A stretch of DNA of 64,000 nt from Thalia democratica (taxonomy: Eukaryota): assembly GCA_965202585.1 (NCBI GenBank), contig OZ241828.1, positions 62,806,001 to 62,870,000 on the forward strand, given 5' to 3'. A model generated the notes under the pieces. The model did no database searches. It was not told the origin of the DNA and saw nothing but the letters and a program-made list of their open reading frames with translations. How positions within the stretch are numbered: the stretch's first letter is position 1; each line of letters starts with the position of its first letter. Below are positions 1 to 12,585 of the stretch, piece by piece. The position numbers were made by a program, and so were the translations under genes.

Positions 1-215
1 ATTCAATCATGTGTTTAACGTTTCAGTCATGTATATTTAAAATTCATAACTTTACTGCTTAACTTACTAACTGTTTATGTTGTCAATATAAGTTTATACC
101 ATTTGTTGAACTTTAATGCTATTTTCATTAAGCTAGAATTCAATCAAGTAAAAACTATATTTCAAAAACCTATATAACGGCTATTTTTACTGTTCAAAAC
201 TTTTACTTTACGCAG

Positions 216-2901
216 GATAACTTTCCAATGTACATGGAATTCCATTGCGCCTACGATCAGAAACTTGGATCATGGAACGTGGGAAATGTTTGTGAATCGA
301 ACAAGGCATATTTTAATGGCCCATGGACTAATTCTCGCTGCTGTAAAGGAGAAATGTGCAACAATATATCTGTTTCTGACGACAATTTCAAAGAAAAAGC
401 GAAAAAAGCTTACACAAGAATAAATAGTAGAAGATTGGTTTATGACGCTGATATCTATACTTATCACGAGCCGATTAACATGACATTAGTAAGTTTAAAA
501 AAGGTTTTTACTCTTAATAATATCAAAGATTTGTTTAGTTTTTTTATTGAAATTGTTAATTTTAACCTTGTCTTAAACTTTTTAAAAATATTTTCAAAAG
601 TGTAAGTAAAAAAAACCTATTCTTCTAACTAAAAATAGTTTATTTGTTTTTGTATCGGTAAAGATTTTGAAAACTAACTATAGTTACAGCTAGGTTCTAT
701 ATTTGATTGTTTAAGTTTTAATTATTGATTTGTTGTCTAAGAATCTTTGTAACACTTTTTTCTAAATAAGTTATGAATCATACACTTATAAATTGCATCG
801 TTTTGATAATATAAATAAGCAATGGTCAACCTACAAACATAAAATGTTATTTAATGACAATATCTAACACAGGCGTTTGACATTATTGACAATCAAACGT
901 CTTACACGCCTCCACTACCAAGTGTTTTGCCCTTTGCTACTGGGATAAAAAAGAGGGACTAAAAGTCCCAAGAAAAACCCCCAAACAATTCTCAAATAAA
1001 AATAAAAAGCACAGACAACGACGTGCAAATGCGGTAAGATGTATTTAGACGGTACAATGACAATGAGAAATGTTCTAGAAGATTCAGAATGCACTTCGAA
1101 TTGGACTTGTGAGTCTGATGGTCAATGCCTGACAAAGTACAAAGAAGAGGTAGTTGGATATTTATTAGTAACTTAGAATTTTTGCTAACTTACTAAAGTA
1201 TGCTAAATAATAAGAAATGGACCAAATATATTTTTAAGATTTAACAAATGTAAACCTAGTTTTTATAGTAAAGCGTTCAAATTATGTTTTACTGTATTTT
1301 TTGATATGTTCTTTTCTATTGAGTAAGTAAATTAATGCTCTACAAGAACATTTATTGTAGTTATTAATTGTAGTTAACAATTTTTAATATTTTCTTATAT
1401 TAAACTTTTTGTCAGTATAAGTAGAAAAATAAAATTTGTTGTTTGTACTATATCAAAATTATGCAGTAGTTTTAAAATAATTTAACTAATGCTAAATACA
1501 ATTTAAGCAAACTTTAAGCTATAGTAAATGTTTTGGTTTTAGAAACGTGAATAGTAATACGCTTATTTTAAATTATCAAAATGACTTTACAACGATTGTG
1601 CTAGGAAACAAATCTAATTGTCTACATACAGGAAAGCTGTTTGGTGATTAAGTAATCGACAAATAAATTTGCTCTAAGTTAATAGTCCATAAAAAGTTTT
1701 AAGTTTTTTTGAGTTTATTAGAATTACTTTCCGAACAAAATATGATATACTTAAATGACAAATTTTGATTTAAACTGCTCAATAATTCATTCAACATAGG
1801 GGCACGGAATGTACATGCAATTTTCTTGCGAAAAAGAACCTTTGCTGAAATGTCCAACCGACTCAGCTGTTCAGGTCAACTTTCGAGGAGCTGAAGAGGT
1901 TCACTGCTGCAAAGGAGAAATGTGCAATGACGTCAACGTTACTGACGCGAGCTACAAACTGAAAGTGTTGGAGGTGTGCAGCAGATTTGAGGAAAAGGAA
2001 GCTAACGGTCGTGGACTTAATTGCAATGAGGTCAGTCGGTGTTTTTGAGATTTGCTTATTTAAACAAAACAAATTCTTTTTTAATAAGAACACTTTTGTG
2101 TGACTTTGGCTAATTCAGATTTCTACACATGATTTATAGTACAGTAATAAAAATCTGAAGAATTATTGTCATTCGCTCGCAATAGTTAATGTATTTTTGA
2201 TCGAAATAGTTTATGGTTATAGATTTAAGTAAGTACTTTTTGTTAAAATAGTTTATTTAATACACTTGTTAACATTAATTTAATTATAATCCTGTTATTA
2301 TTCAATGTCCACTAGGTTAATTTTTACTTTTGTAGCTGTTTTTGATTATCTTATTTATTATTTTCATTAATTGTTCTAGGTTGAAAACTATCTTGATCAG
2401 AGGATAGAAAATACGGAGTCAAGTTAATTGGATTCTTTTTTAATAGTTTTTACAAATTAAAAATACTGTAAGTTGATGTTTTTCGTTTAGACAATTTTTG
2501 TATAAAAACCGTAAAGCTTTAGCTTTCTTATTAAATTGAATTAGTTTCTTAACCAATTCAAAAAAATTACTATAAAAATTGTTGTTAAATATTACAACTA
2601 ATATAGTTTAGCTAGTTATTGTTTTCACTCTTTAAAACTTCAATAACTTATAATTGGACTTAATTTTATTTAAATTGATGAAAAATTGATGTAAATGAAA
2701 AATACTAAATTGTAGAAACAACCATTATTTGTTTGTATTACTTAAAGTTAACTAATTTAATTTAAAATTTCTCTTAAGAATTGATATTTAAACGTTAATT
2801 TATCTTAAATGTTTTATATTTTAGGCATCAAGTAACTAAGGTGCAGTCATACATTTAAGTATCTGCTTCTACTTCTAGTATTTTATTTGACTTATTTATG
2901 A
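216..2901 (+). CDS. Partial (5' end outside window) gene with tandem activin/TGF-beta type I receptor-like ectodomains and a GPI-signal-like C-terminus; no transmembrane or kinase exons seen
   Basis: Exons 216-488, 1015-1149, 1800-2030 and 2380-~2422 join through phase-0 GT-AG introns. Exons 1015-1149 plus 1800-2030 give TTTCKCGK...SECTSNWTCESDGQCLTKYKEEGHGMYMQFSCEKEPLLKCPTD...VHCCKGEMCN, the 10-Cys order of type I receptor ectodomains (CxC..C..TC..DG.C..C..C..CCxxxxCN). Exon 216-488 is the second half of a paralogous domain (MYMEFHC...CCKGEMCN). The exon after the acceptor at 2824 encodes CSHTFKYLLLLLVFYLTYL-TGA (stop 2899-2901). The last splice junctions are uncertain. Confidence 0.72.
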
Positions 2902-5900
2902 GGCTCATAGATGGTAATAATATTAACTTACAAATTTTTCTGTTTTAATTGAAAGTTTTTAAATATTTTAGTTTCTTCTGATAATTGCCTATAATTGTTT
3001 TCTATACATTTTATTTTGTCTAGCATTCTATTTATTTACAAAATAATAAACTATTGTTTAATTCAAAAATGTTAAAAAATTTCTTATTAATTAAACTTTA
3101 AGTTGATTTTTTTTTTTTTGGGTAAAAATCAGTTTTTTTTAGCAATATAGATTGTAATATCTCAAGATTAGTAAAATATGTTTATTTTCTTGCACCAATA
3201 AAAATTAATCATGTACATATTACATAAAGATGGTAATTATCATCTGAAATGTTTAAAAATATCGAGCTGACTAAAATGATATTTATATCTTCAACATAGT
3301 GCATAAAATACTTTCTAATTTTACTTGTAAAACAAATATATTCTTTTTTCGTTTATATATGACTTAGTTTACTATCGTTATTAGTTAAATTAACTAGAAA
3401 TAAAACTTAATATACTTTTTTATTGCTTTTAACGTTTCAAAGTTTTTTTAATACCTCTGGAATGTTCTAATGGCGAACATAAGGTAACTTTAAAGTATAT
3501 AAAACTTAAAAGACTTGAAGTTTCAAAGCTAGACCAATATCGGAGAAAAGCTACAAAAAAAATTAGTAATTGTAAACCATAGGAATAACCTTTAAATGAT
3601 TCTTTTAAACAATTAATATAAACTTGATTACTCTTTTCTAAAAATTAACTCTTTAAAAAAATTAAGTTAAGTATTTTTAAGATTTAAAAGATTTATTAGC
3701 TTTTTTAATTAAACAAATATCATATCTAAGAATACTGGTCTGTAAAGGGTATCCATTGTTTTATAGCTTTAAGAAAGAATTTATTTTAAAACTATAAACA
3801 GCTGTAAAAAAAATTCTCTAGGCTTTCTGAAAACAATTTTCAATTTCCAAAACAACATTGTTTATTCGAAACAGTTAATTTCTTTCCAATACGGATATAT
3901 TGGCGTTTATCTTTCAAATCTAATTTTTATAAGTTCTTATAAACGTTGTTTGTCGCTGTTTTTTTTTATTGTTTGTTTTTTTTGTAGGTATGCTTATCCT
4001 AGTTGTAAAACTGATTAATTTTAAATATGTAACTACAAACTGTTAATCTATCTCTAACTAGTTTTGCTTAATTTCACTTGATTTTATCAACTGAGTATTT
4101 TCTGATGAAAGTTTTATTTGTTTACTTATTTAAATTTTTTTTTAATATCAGTTAATACCTATCTTTAACAGAAATTAAACAGACTTAATAAAAAACTAGC
4201 TGCTTATGTACACTGTAAAAAATAATTAAGAAGTTAAATAAAAATTAAAACATATCTGATTAAAAAAGCCTAACAAAACTAATAATTTAATGTAAATTTA
4301 TGTGTATAATAATAATATTAGATTTATTTATGTTTAGTATGACATAAATTTGAATTATAACTTCTGTGAATCTTTTTATTGTGAATCTGTTAGGCTACTA
4401 ATATTTCAGAACTTTGATAAGTATTGGTTTAAATACTGCATGCAACAAATGAATGAAAAGTTGTCTAAGATCAGTTTAAACAAATTTGTTTACGAGAGTA
4501 ATTTTTTCTAAATATTTTTCACCAGTTAAACAACTTTGCATATTTAAAAAGAAACAAGTATAAGCAATGAAAAATTATAAAAAAAAAATGTTGTTGTTAT
4601 TAGATATACCGTAATACTGAAAATTAAACTTTCTTTATACTCATTTTGTGCTAAAAATTTTCTTCACAGTCATTTATTTTAGCCTAAAATTTTCTAAATT
4701 TGTTTATACTATAAGTATTCAGTAATAATAAGTGAAAATATTAGATTGTTTTAAAACAAAAAGTGCAAAATGACCTTTATAGTTTGTAAGCATTGCTATT
4801 CAAATACTCATTCAAAAAGAATTCAGAATATAATTCAGAAAAAAATACTCAGATTACTTGAATGTAAAAACAACATTATCAAACAATTACTTGTTTTTAT
4901 ATTCTTCTTTTTAAGTAAAGTTTATACTTTTTATTCTGCTTTTAAATACTTTGTTATTTATTGCGACATTAACTTTTTGTATACGTTATAGTGACTTTAC
5001 TTTTCACATTTTTATTCAATTTTAAACTAATAACGTTATTTCAGTTTTACTTAAATTCTTAACAAGGTTTAATTGAATATAGTAAAACCTTAAGTAAAAC
5101 TGAATAAAAACAGTTTAAGCATAAGTAGTTTTTCTAAATAAGTTTTTAGTTTCAAAAAAAGTGTTAGATGTTTTGCTCTTTTTACATTAGTGCACTAGAT
5201 TATTTTCGAATAAGATTTTGTTATTTATTCAAGGATCTCCATTAATCATTCAAAATATGAAAAACAAATTTTTGACATCAAAACTTTAAAATTTGAGTTC
5301 ATTGTTCTTAAATCGAGAACTTTTATTTTGATCTTTAAAGTAAAAAGTACATAATGCATTATTTATAGTTGCTACTATTAAAGTAAAAAAAGTAAATAAA
5401 ATTAGTTCTGGAAAATAATAAATTCTACACAGTTATTTCCAACATAGTAACTTTGAAACTTATGAGACATTTACGTAGCTTTAATCGTTCAGTTATTATT
5501 GTGAATCCCATTGTACTCTTTAAATCTCACAGCTAAATATTTTGTTAGTTTTTTAATAAACTATCTGACGAGTAAATATAGAAGTAGCAACTAATTGACA
5601 ACAAACGAAGTAACTTACTTTATTAGAATAACCAACCGATTCTAAATTACTGCTTGTTTGAGCTTCTCTAGAACTTCTAGAATTTAGTTTTCTGTTTGCT
5701 TACTTGAATTTAATATCTGTTTAAACTACTTTTACTACTTATTGATTATAAATTTCTTAATGTACCGTTTTTGATCATACTTAAGATGTCTTTATTTTTT
5801 ATCTATACACAGTTGTATACCTAATTTAAAATATGTATAACTACCAACAAGTTTTATAATTATTTCGTTTAATAACCATGTTTAATCGAATACAACCTTT

Positions 5901-7881
5901 AATAAGTCATTCTTTTACTTAGTATAAGTATAATTTTATTTCAAACAAAAAGATTTTCGTATAATATCAATTAACAAATGTTCGCATAAGAACCTTAAAA
6001 TTTACGTAACAATTAAGTTTTAATTAATTTGATGTTTTTACATAGAAAAAAATAAACATATCACATTTACTTAAAGTAGCCAAATACTTTTATGTGTCAA
6101 ACGGTTCAGTTGAAATTGCTGGTTTATTAAGAGCTCGCTCTAGAATTTGGTAAAAATCAATTTGTATATTAACCATTTTATTATTTTTGATTCATTAACA
6201 GTTTCAACATCAACATCAAATTTGAAATGTTTTTTAGACAACTCAATATATTTTTTACTTTGCTTGATCTTGTATTCCCGTCATTAGTTGATAGCTTATT
6301 ATCTCAGTATTTATTTTGAATTTCTCTATGTGTATAAATGTCGTTTTAAAATAAGTTATTGTTAAGTTCAAGAAAAGTATATCAAATTTTTTTAATTGTT
6401 TTATTGATGAATAAAAATATAACACAGTAAAAATTCTTAACTATGTAGAACTCAATATAAATTTGGTGAGTTCTACATCTTAAGCTAGTCATTATAAATA
6501 TTTTATATTTTGATTAACTCGATTTTAAGCATCATCTAAAAGTGTAATAACAATAATTACTCTTTGAAAAATTTTTGACTTTTGTCTTGTACAAATATGA
6601 AGTTCTCGAATATCTTAGTTGTTGTCTCTATTTGATGATTTTGTGATAAGTCATGACCTAAAGAATTGCTAAAATTACCTTCATTATTTTTATATTAGTA
6701 TCTGAAAAATACAGGGATTATATATATTAATCAAAACATAGAATTTTTCTTTTAGTAAAATAGCTGTTTCAGAGTATTAGAAAAGATTATATAGAAAAAT
6801 TTAAAAATTTCAACATGTTTTTAAAGAAGGGTAATTTCATGCATTGAAAACAGATATATTTAAGTTTTTCAATCAAAGGTTTAAAAATGTTTTTCTAAAT
6901 GTATTTTAAACAATTTTGTTTTTGTTTACCTTATTGACTTTCAAAATCTAAACTATATTCAATAGACTTTTTGATAATAGTTTATTTGTTAACTAAATTA
7001 TTGTTTATCTGCACTATAAATCATTCTCAAAATATGAAACTGAATTTTATTAAAACTTGTTTCTAAAATTATTCAAAAAAATAATTTAGATAATAAGTAT
7101 TTAAAATTATTTACAACTTAAGATATTAACGGATGCTTATAGACTACAAACTTTAACTGTAAAAACATATTTTTAGGTATAATTAAAAAATTAAAAGTAC
7201 TATCTGCTAATGTGTGTTTAAAAGAAAATTTAAGTGCTTATATTTAAATAAGAAAAATATTTACTGAATTAAGAGTGGTTGTTAAATTTTTGATTCCTAC
7301 TTATTAGCTTAAAATATCAGAAATATTGGTTACACTACAAAAATTTTTAAATTTAATTAATCATATTTATATTATTCGTCTAGACTCTAGTTGTTAGTTT
7401 TTTGTTATTAAGTCATTATTCAATAATTAATAATCTTTCCTTATATAAACAATACTTAATCATAAAATCTGAAGAGTTTTGAATTAATTACATTTACCAT
7501 AACCTATTTTGTGAATACCTTTATTCTGATGACTGTTGATTAATCATTTTAATAACATCTTTTATTTGTTCCTTAATGAAGATCTGTTTTTACAGTGAAG
7601 CATTGTAGACTGAATAAAATACAATAGTTAAAACCTGTATATACAAAAAGTATTGTTTTCTTATTTTCATAAGTACTAAGCACTATAACTAATTTTTAAT
7701 AAATCCTTGTGGTTATCAGTTACATTAGTATATAATATAGTTTGTCATCCATTGAAAAAAAAATTAAGTAGTTTTATATTGAAAATTAACATTACTCACA
7801 ATGTTGAATCACAATCAACAAACTATAAAACAAAACTACTATGTTAACATAACACCCAACTAAGCAGTAAGCAACCAAATG

Positions 7882-7963
7882 TGACTCAAATGCTTCTCAT
7901 CTGTGAATCGCGCTTTTTTCTACACATAATATTGCGTCATTATCATTCAGATACTAGGTGGCA
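7882..7963. promoter_or_regulatory. Small cluster of candidate TF sites (AP-1 TGACTCA, CRE-like TTGCGTCA, CTCF-like ACTAGGTGGCA)
   Basis: TGACTCA at 7882-7888, TTGCGTCA at 7932-7939 and ATACTAGGTGGCA at 7951-7963, within a locally GC/CpG-richer patch. Motif match only. Confidence 0.2.
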
Positions 7964-10900
7964 ATGTTTTGTTTCTTTATTACTCTTCACTTTTTCTGGA
8001 AATAGCTCGTCAGCGAAAAAAGTTTTCTCTTGCTCTTTAACTAATTTATAACCATTTCTATTCTAAGGTTTTTCCTAATAAGGAAATCAAAAACTAACTG
8101 GCTCGTAAAAATTATCTACCTTAGCTCTTTAAATAATTTTTATTCTAAAGCTTTTCCTTATAGGGAATTGAAAAAATAATTCATCTATTAAATGTTGTAA
8201 GTAATAAACCTAGCTAAAACAAATTCATACCATGTACACTGCCTGGAAATCTAAGTGTTTATTGATTAATTTATAATTGTTAACATTAAAACATTAAAAA
8301 CAAATACAAAACATAATTACCTATTTTTAAAATTGCTAGTATTATTAAAACATTTGTAAAAAGTTAAAATATATGATAGTTAATACTAAAAAGATAATAA
8401 CTTTTGTTTGTAATTTAATTTTCTAAGTAAAAACTAAAGTAAAGTATGTATAGCCTTTTTGTTACAAACACATAGCAAGTAGTTGTAAAAGTTTAGTATA
8501 CGTTTGCAATAACAACAACGATACTTGTGCAGTTTACTTATTAGTTTTTTACAAACAATTATTTTCTATGTCTTCAACTATTTTATCTTAGTTTTTTCTA
8601 AAGATCTTTTTTGGTAGTTTTGTCAAACTTTGATGGCTAAACAGTCACTTAACTTTAATGAAAATATATTTTAGTAAACAAAATAAAGCTCAGTTTTAAA
8701 TGATTTTTAGTTTGCAGAAAACCCTAATGTAGTTTAGACCAGTGTTTTACAAAGCTAGCAGTAACGCCTCATTTTGGGAAATTATTGTCTATACTATGTC
8801 AGTTACTAGTGAGGCGATATTTTTGAATAGAAAGAAAGTAAATTGTTTTACAAACTTCTGCAAAAAAGCAATTATGAATATGAATTCGGAAAACTTTTAT
8901 TCAAAACCAAAATTAACATCTGGTAGTCGCAGAAAACATTTAAATGTAAGTGCAGTTGTAGATTTAAAATGTTAAGAGAATTCTATTTTTAAAAGATATC
9001 GAATGCTTAGAGTTTGAAAACTTTGCAGTAATAAAATTAGTAACAAAGTTAAGTTTTGAAACTAACTGTCTATGCCCTACACAACACTTTAAAGGTATCT
9101 GATGTCTGCGACCCGATAACTAAAAGATTCCTTCGTGCACCAAGTTCAGGGACCAACTATTTTGAGCGTTTTTTTGTCGTTCAATAAACACAGTTTAAAG
9201 TTTTTGGTCGCTCTTCTTCAATTTTATAATCTATTGTAGACTTTTAACATCATTATAAGATATTAAACAGTTTTTCTAAACTAACATATTGTTATGCCGA
9301 AAAAATTAAATTTTGCTCAAAAAAACTTAACCATCATAAAAAAATTATTTGTTTACATCGCTGTCATGTACATAATTGTATTCAGATATCAGCTTTTAAC
9401 ATAAGTTAAGAAGACTACGTAATACTTATACTAAATAAATTATTTAAAAGTCAACTTTATTAAATATTTCTTAAATTAGAACAATACTATGAAAAGTAAA
9501 ACTTGAATGTAAATTACAAAAAATTTTAAAGTTCAACAATAGTAATAACAAAAATAAAAATCAATTGCTCCCCGTGTAATGTCGTCAGCGTAGTATGACA
9601 GAAAATTTAACGTCAGTAAAAACAGCTTGTTATTTACTTTTTATAATAAAATAAGGTTTATTCAACACTTTGTTTTTAAAACTATAAATTTAGAATCCCT
9701 TGGCTGTTATCTCGACTTTTGGTTGAAAGTTTTCAGTTTAAAATAACTTATTAATACACTAATTTCAGTTCTTAATCACATCCAAAAATCAGAACTTGAC
9801 CAAGAGTTACACGACGACTCAACTTCAGATAACTCAAATTCTTAAAAATAAAATACTACATCTCAAGAAGTAATATACATTTTTTTCAATAAAAAAGTGA
9901 TGTAGTTCTAGTTAAAAATTCAAGATTGTAAAATAAAAGCTAATAATAGCATTTATATAACGAAATATTAAAACCTACTAAAATATACTATATTCAATTA
10001 CCTATTATAGCAATATCTCAAAAACACTCAATGTTTTCAAAAAAAAAGAAAAACCTTCTGTAGACTAATAATAAAGTTACAACTCTTTTATTTGAGTATT
10101 AGCTGCTTTTTGACATATGGCATTTAAAAAAACTTTGTCAGAGATTGAATTGTCGGAATTTAACTTGTAGTGCACCCTGACGAAGTAACTGCGTCTAGTA
10201 ATAACGGCTACTCTGAAATCAATTTCTTGCTATGATCAATCAATTCTCTCGCGTATAACATTAATAACAAGTACTACTTAGCTGTTACAATAAACTTTGA
10301 CAGTCATAGTAAACATCGAAAATCAAGTGCTATCTAAAGATGCAATCAAAGATTTCTCAGCTGGAAAACACCATTTGTAGCGTGATAAAGTCTTCAGAAT
10401 TCTTAGAGATTTTCTTAAAATCAACTGTTATTTGTTCTTGTACTTAATTTTGTATCATCTGTTATAAAACTTGTTTTTATCACTCTATTTTTAAACATGT
10501 AAGATGTTTAAAAATTTTGCTGTTTTAAAAAAGGATAAAATAAATTGTTTTACTTAGATTAAAAACTACAACTAGCACATGTTTTCTTAAAAATAAGAAA
10601 TAAACAAAATGTTTAATAGTTTCGAATCCAATGTAAAAAGGACATTGTTATTGCGTAATTTTGTAATATAATAATAAACATACATATATTTAAAAAATAT
10701 GTTTATTTAAATAGTATTTTTAACAAAATTTTACTAAGTATAAGACATATATAAGTGTTTAAAACAATGTTATTAAATAACACTGTTTTAAACTGTTAGT
10801 GTTAGTGTTAAAATACTTTTCTTAACAGCTGTTAACATAGATGATTTTGTTAGTTGTTCACACATTAATAAATTTAACAGTTATTATAGCTGTTATTTGA

Positions 10901-11280
10901 ATTAAATCAAAAGTGTACAAATCATAAGTTTAAAGGCAGTTTTTAATGTAAAAAAGTATATGGTATGAAAAAACATGATAATATAATTTAAAAAATTTAA
11001 AAAATAATTTTAAGAAGTCATATAAGATAAATACATATTTAATGACATTTTAAAATAGTAGTCAACTTAAACTTAAATATAATAAAACTTAAAGTTTATA
11101 TGAATGAAATGTATTACATTTTCTTATTATATGTCTAAACAATAAAGAACCTACATTTGTATGTATTTTTGCCTTAAAACTGTTAAAATTATTCTATAGT
11201 TGTTATAAGATGTCATGATAAATGATGCAGTAAATGTAGTTGTGATTTTATAAACTCAATTATTTCTAAGCTTACTAGTT

Positions 11281-11363
11281 GCCCTGTCAGTCTAGTGGTT
11301 TGATTGTCTTGAAATTAATGTCTTTAGGTTCGGGTAGTTCCAGATTCGAAGCTCGTACGGGTA
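11281..11363 (+). pseudogene. Degenerate tRNA-like sequence (tRNA-Pro-like), copy 1
   Basis: A-box-like CAGTCTAGTGG and B-box-like GATTCGAAGCTC. The 3' end ACGGGT can partly pair with the 5' GCCC. The overall layout resembles eukaryotic tRNA-Pro (GGCTCGTTGGTCTAG...CCGGGTTCAAATCCCGGACGAGCC). The anticodon arm is enlarged and irregular. Confidence 0.5.
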
Positions 11364-12292
11364 ACAATTTTTAAGAAAACTTTAACTTTAAAAAAAAAAA
11401 AAAACTTTTTAACTTAAAGTATTAAAAACATTTTTAAAGATATTTTTAAAATTTCAAAATTTAATTTAAAAAATTTTAGTTATTACTTAAGAACATATTT
11501 AAAGCTTTTTATAGAAAATTTATTTGAGATATTAATAAGACTTACACAAGTACTTTTTATATACTCCAATTATATATAATGTTTTAAAATATGGTCTCTT
11601 AAATATTTGTATTAAATATAATAAGTATATGTAATAATGATAAAATTAAATCTTTAGCTCATGAAAAAAGTATTAGCGTTTAAGGTTGAATATGTTTTTT
11701 ATGAAGTTATTTGTTGATATCCAAGATAAAATCTCTTACTTTTTTTTAATATTTCGGTAGATTTAAAGCTTTAGTTAGTTCTTTAAATCAGTATAATAAC
11801 TAATAAGTTCAAACTATAAAAAATATCATAATACTTTGTAAAAGTTTTTGGTTTTGTGACTTTTAGGAAATTGCTAAACTTTTTTATACTTGTCTATATA
11901 GATTATTTTTACCTTTTTAAATTATATCGTGATTTAATTTTAATATTAAGAATACTTGACTATGATAAAGAACTTGTGCTGTGCGAACAAAAATTATTCA
12001 AATTATTTACTATTCTAATCATGTTCTGACAATACAGACTAGGAAATATTTAAGAGACCATGTCACAAAAGTAATTTGTATTTTAAATATATAAAAAGTA
12101 CGTGTGTGAGTATTATCAATATCTACAGGTATTTTTTCTTGCTTGCTAGACTTTAAATAATTTCTTAAGTGATAATTAGAATTTAAAAAAAAATTCTAAG
12201 ATTTTAAAAATAACTGTAAAAATTTTTAAAGTATTGCATGTTAAAGAAGTTTATCATCTATAAAAAGTTTAAGTTTTCCCAAAAACAAAATG

Positions 12293-12388
12293 AGACCCGT
12301 ACGAGCTTCGAACCCGGAATTACCCGAACCAATTAACATTTTTTTCCAGGCAAACTAACTACTAGTGTATAGTATAGACCAATGGGCC
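12293..12388 (-). pseudogene. Degenerate tRNA-like sequence (tRNA-Pro-like), copy 2
   Basis: The minus strand reads GGCCCATTGGTCTA...TTCCGGGTTCGAAGCTCGTACGGGTC. The acceptor stem GGCCCAT/ACGGGTC pairs at 6 of 7 positions (one G-U). There is an insertion in the D-arm region. Confidence 0.5.
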
Positions 12389-12585
12389 ACTAATAAACTT
12401 TAAAATAATTGAGTTTATAAAAGCATAACTACATCTAATGCATCATTAATCATAACATCTTAAAAACTGACTTATGTTTTGGTTAAACTTACTTTTAATA
12501 ATTTTTTATTTGTTAAGACTATTTAAAACTCAGTTTAATTTCAATTTAAATCAAGTCTCTCAATAATACATGCATGTTTAAGTAA

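Larger units (their letters stand above)
11200..12470. repeat. Diverged inverted duplication (arms about 11200-11610 and 12040-12470)
   Basis: The reverse complement of the right arm aligns with the left arm in several blocks: ttttataaactcaattattt, ttcgaagctcgtacgggt, acttaagaa..atttaaag, cacaagtactttttatata / cacacgtactttttatata, atggtctcttaaatattt. Confidence 0.85.

Noticed and set aside
1071-1090. Heat-shock element-like TTCtaGAAgaTTC, and similar strings at 5665 and 17118
   Set aside because: The well-spaced match is inside a coding exon and the others have wrong pentamer spacing, so chance is likely.
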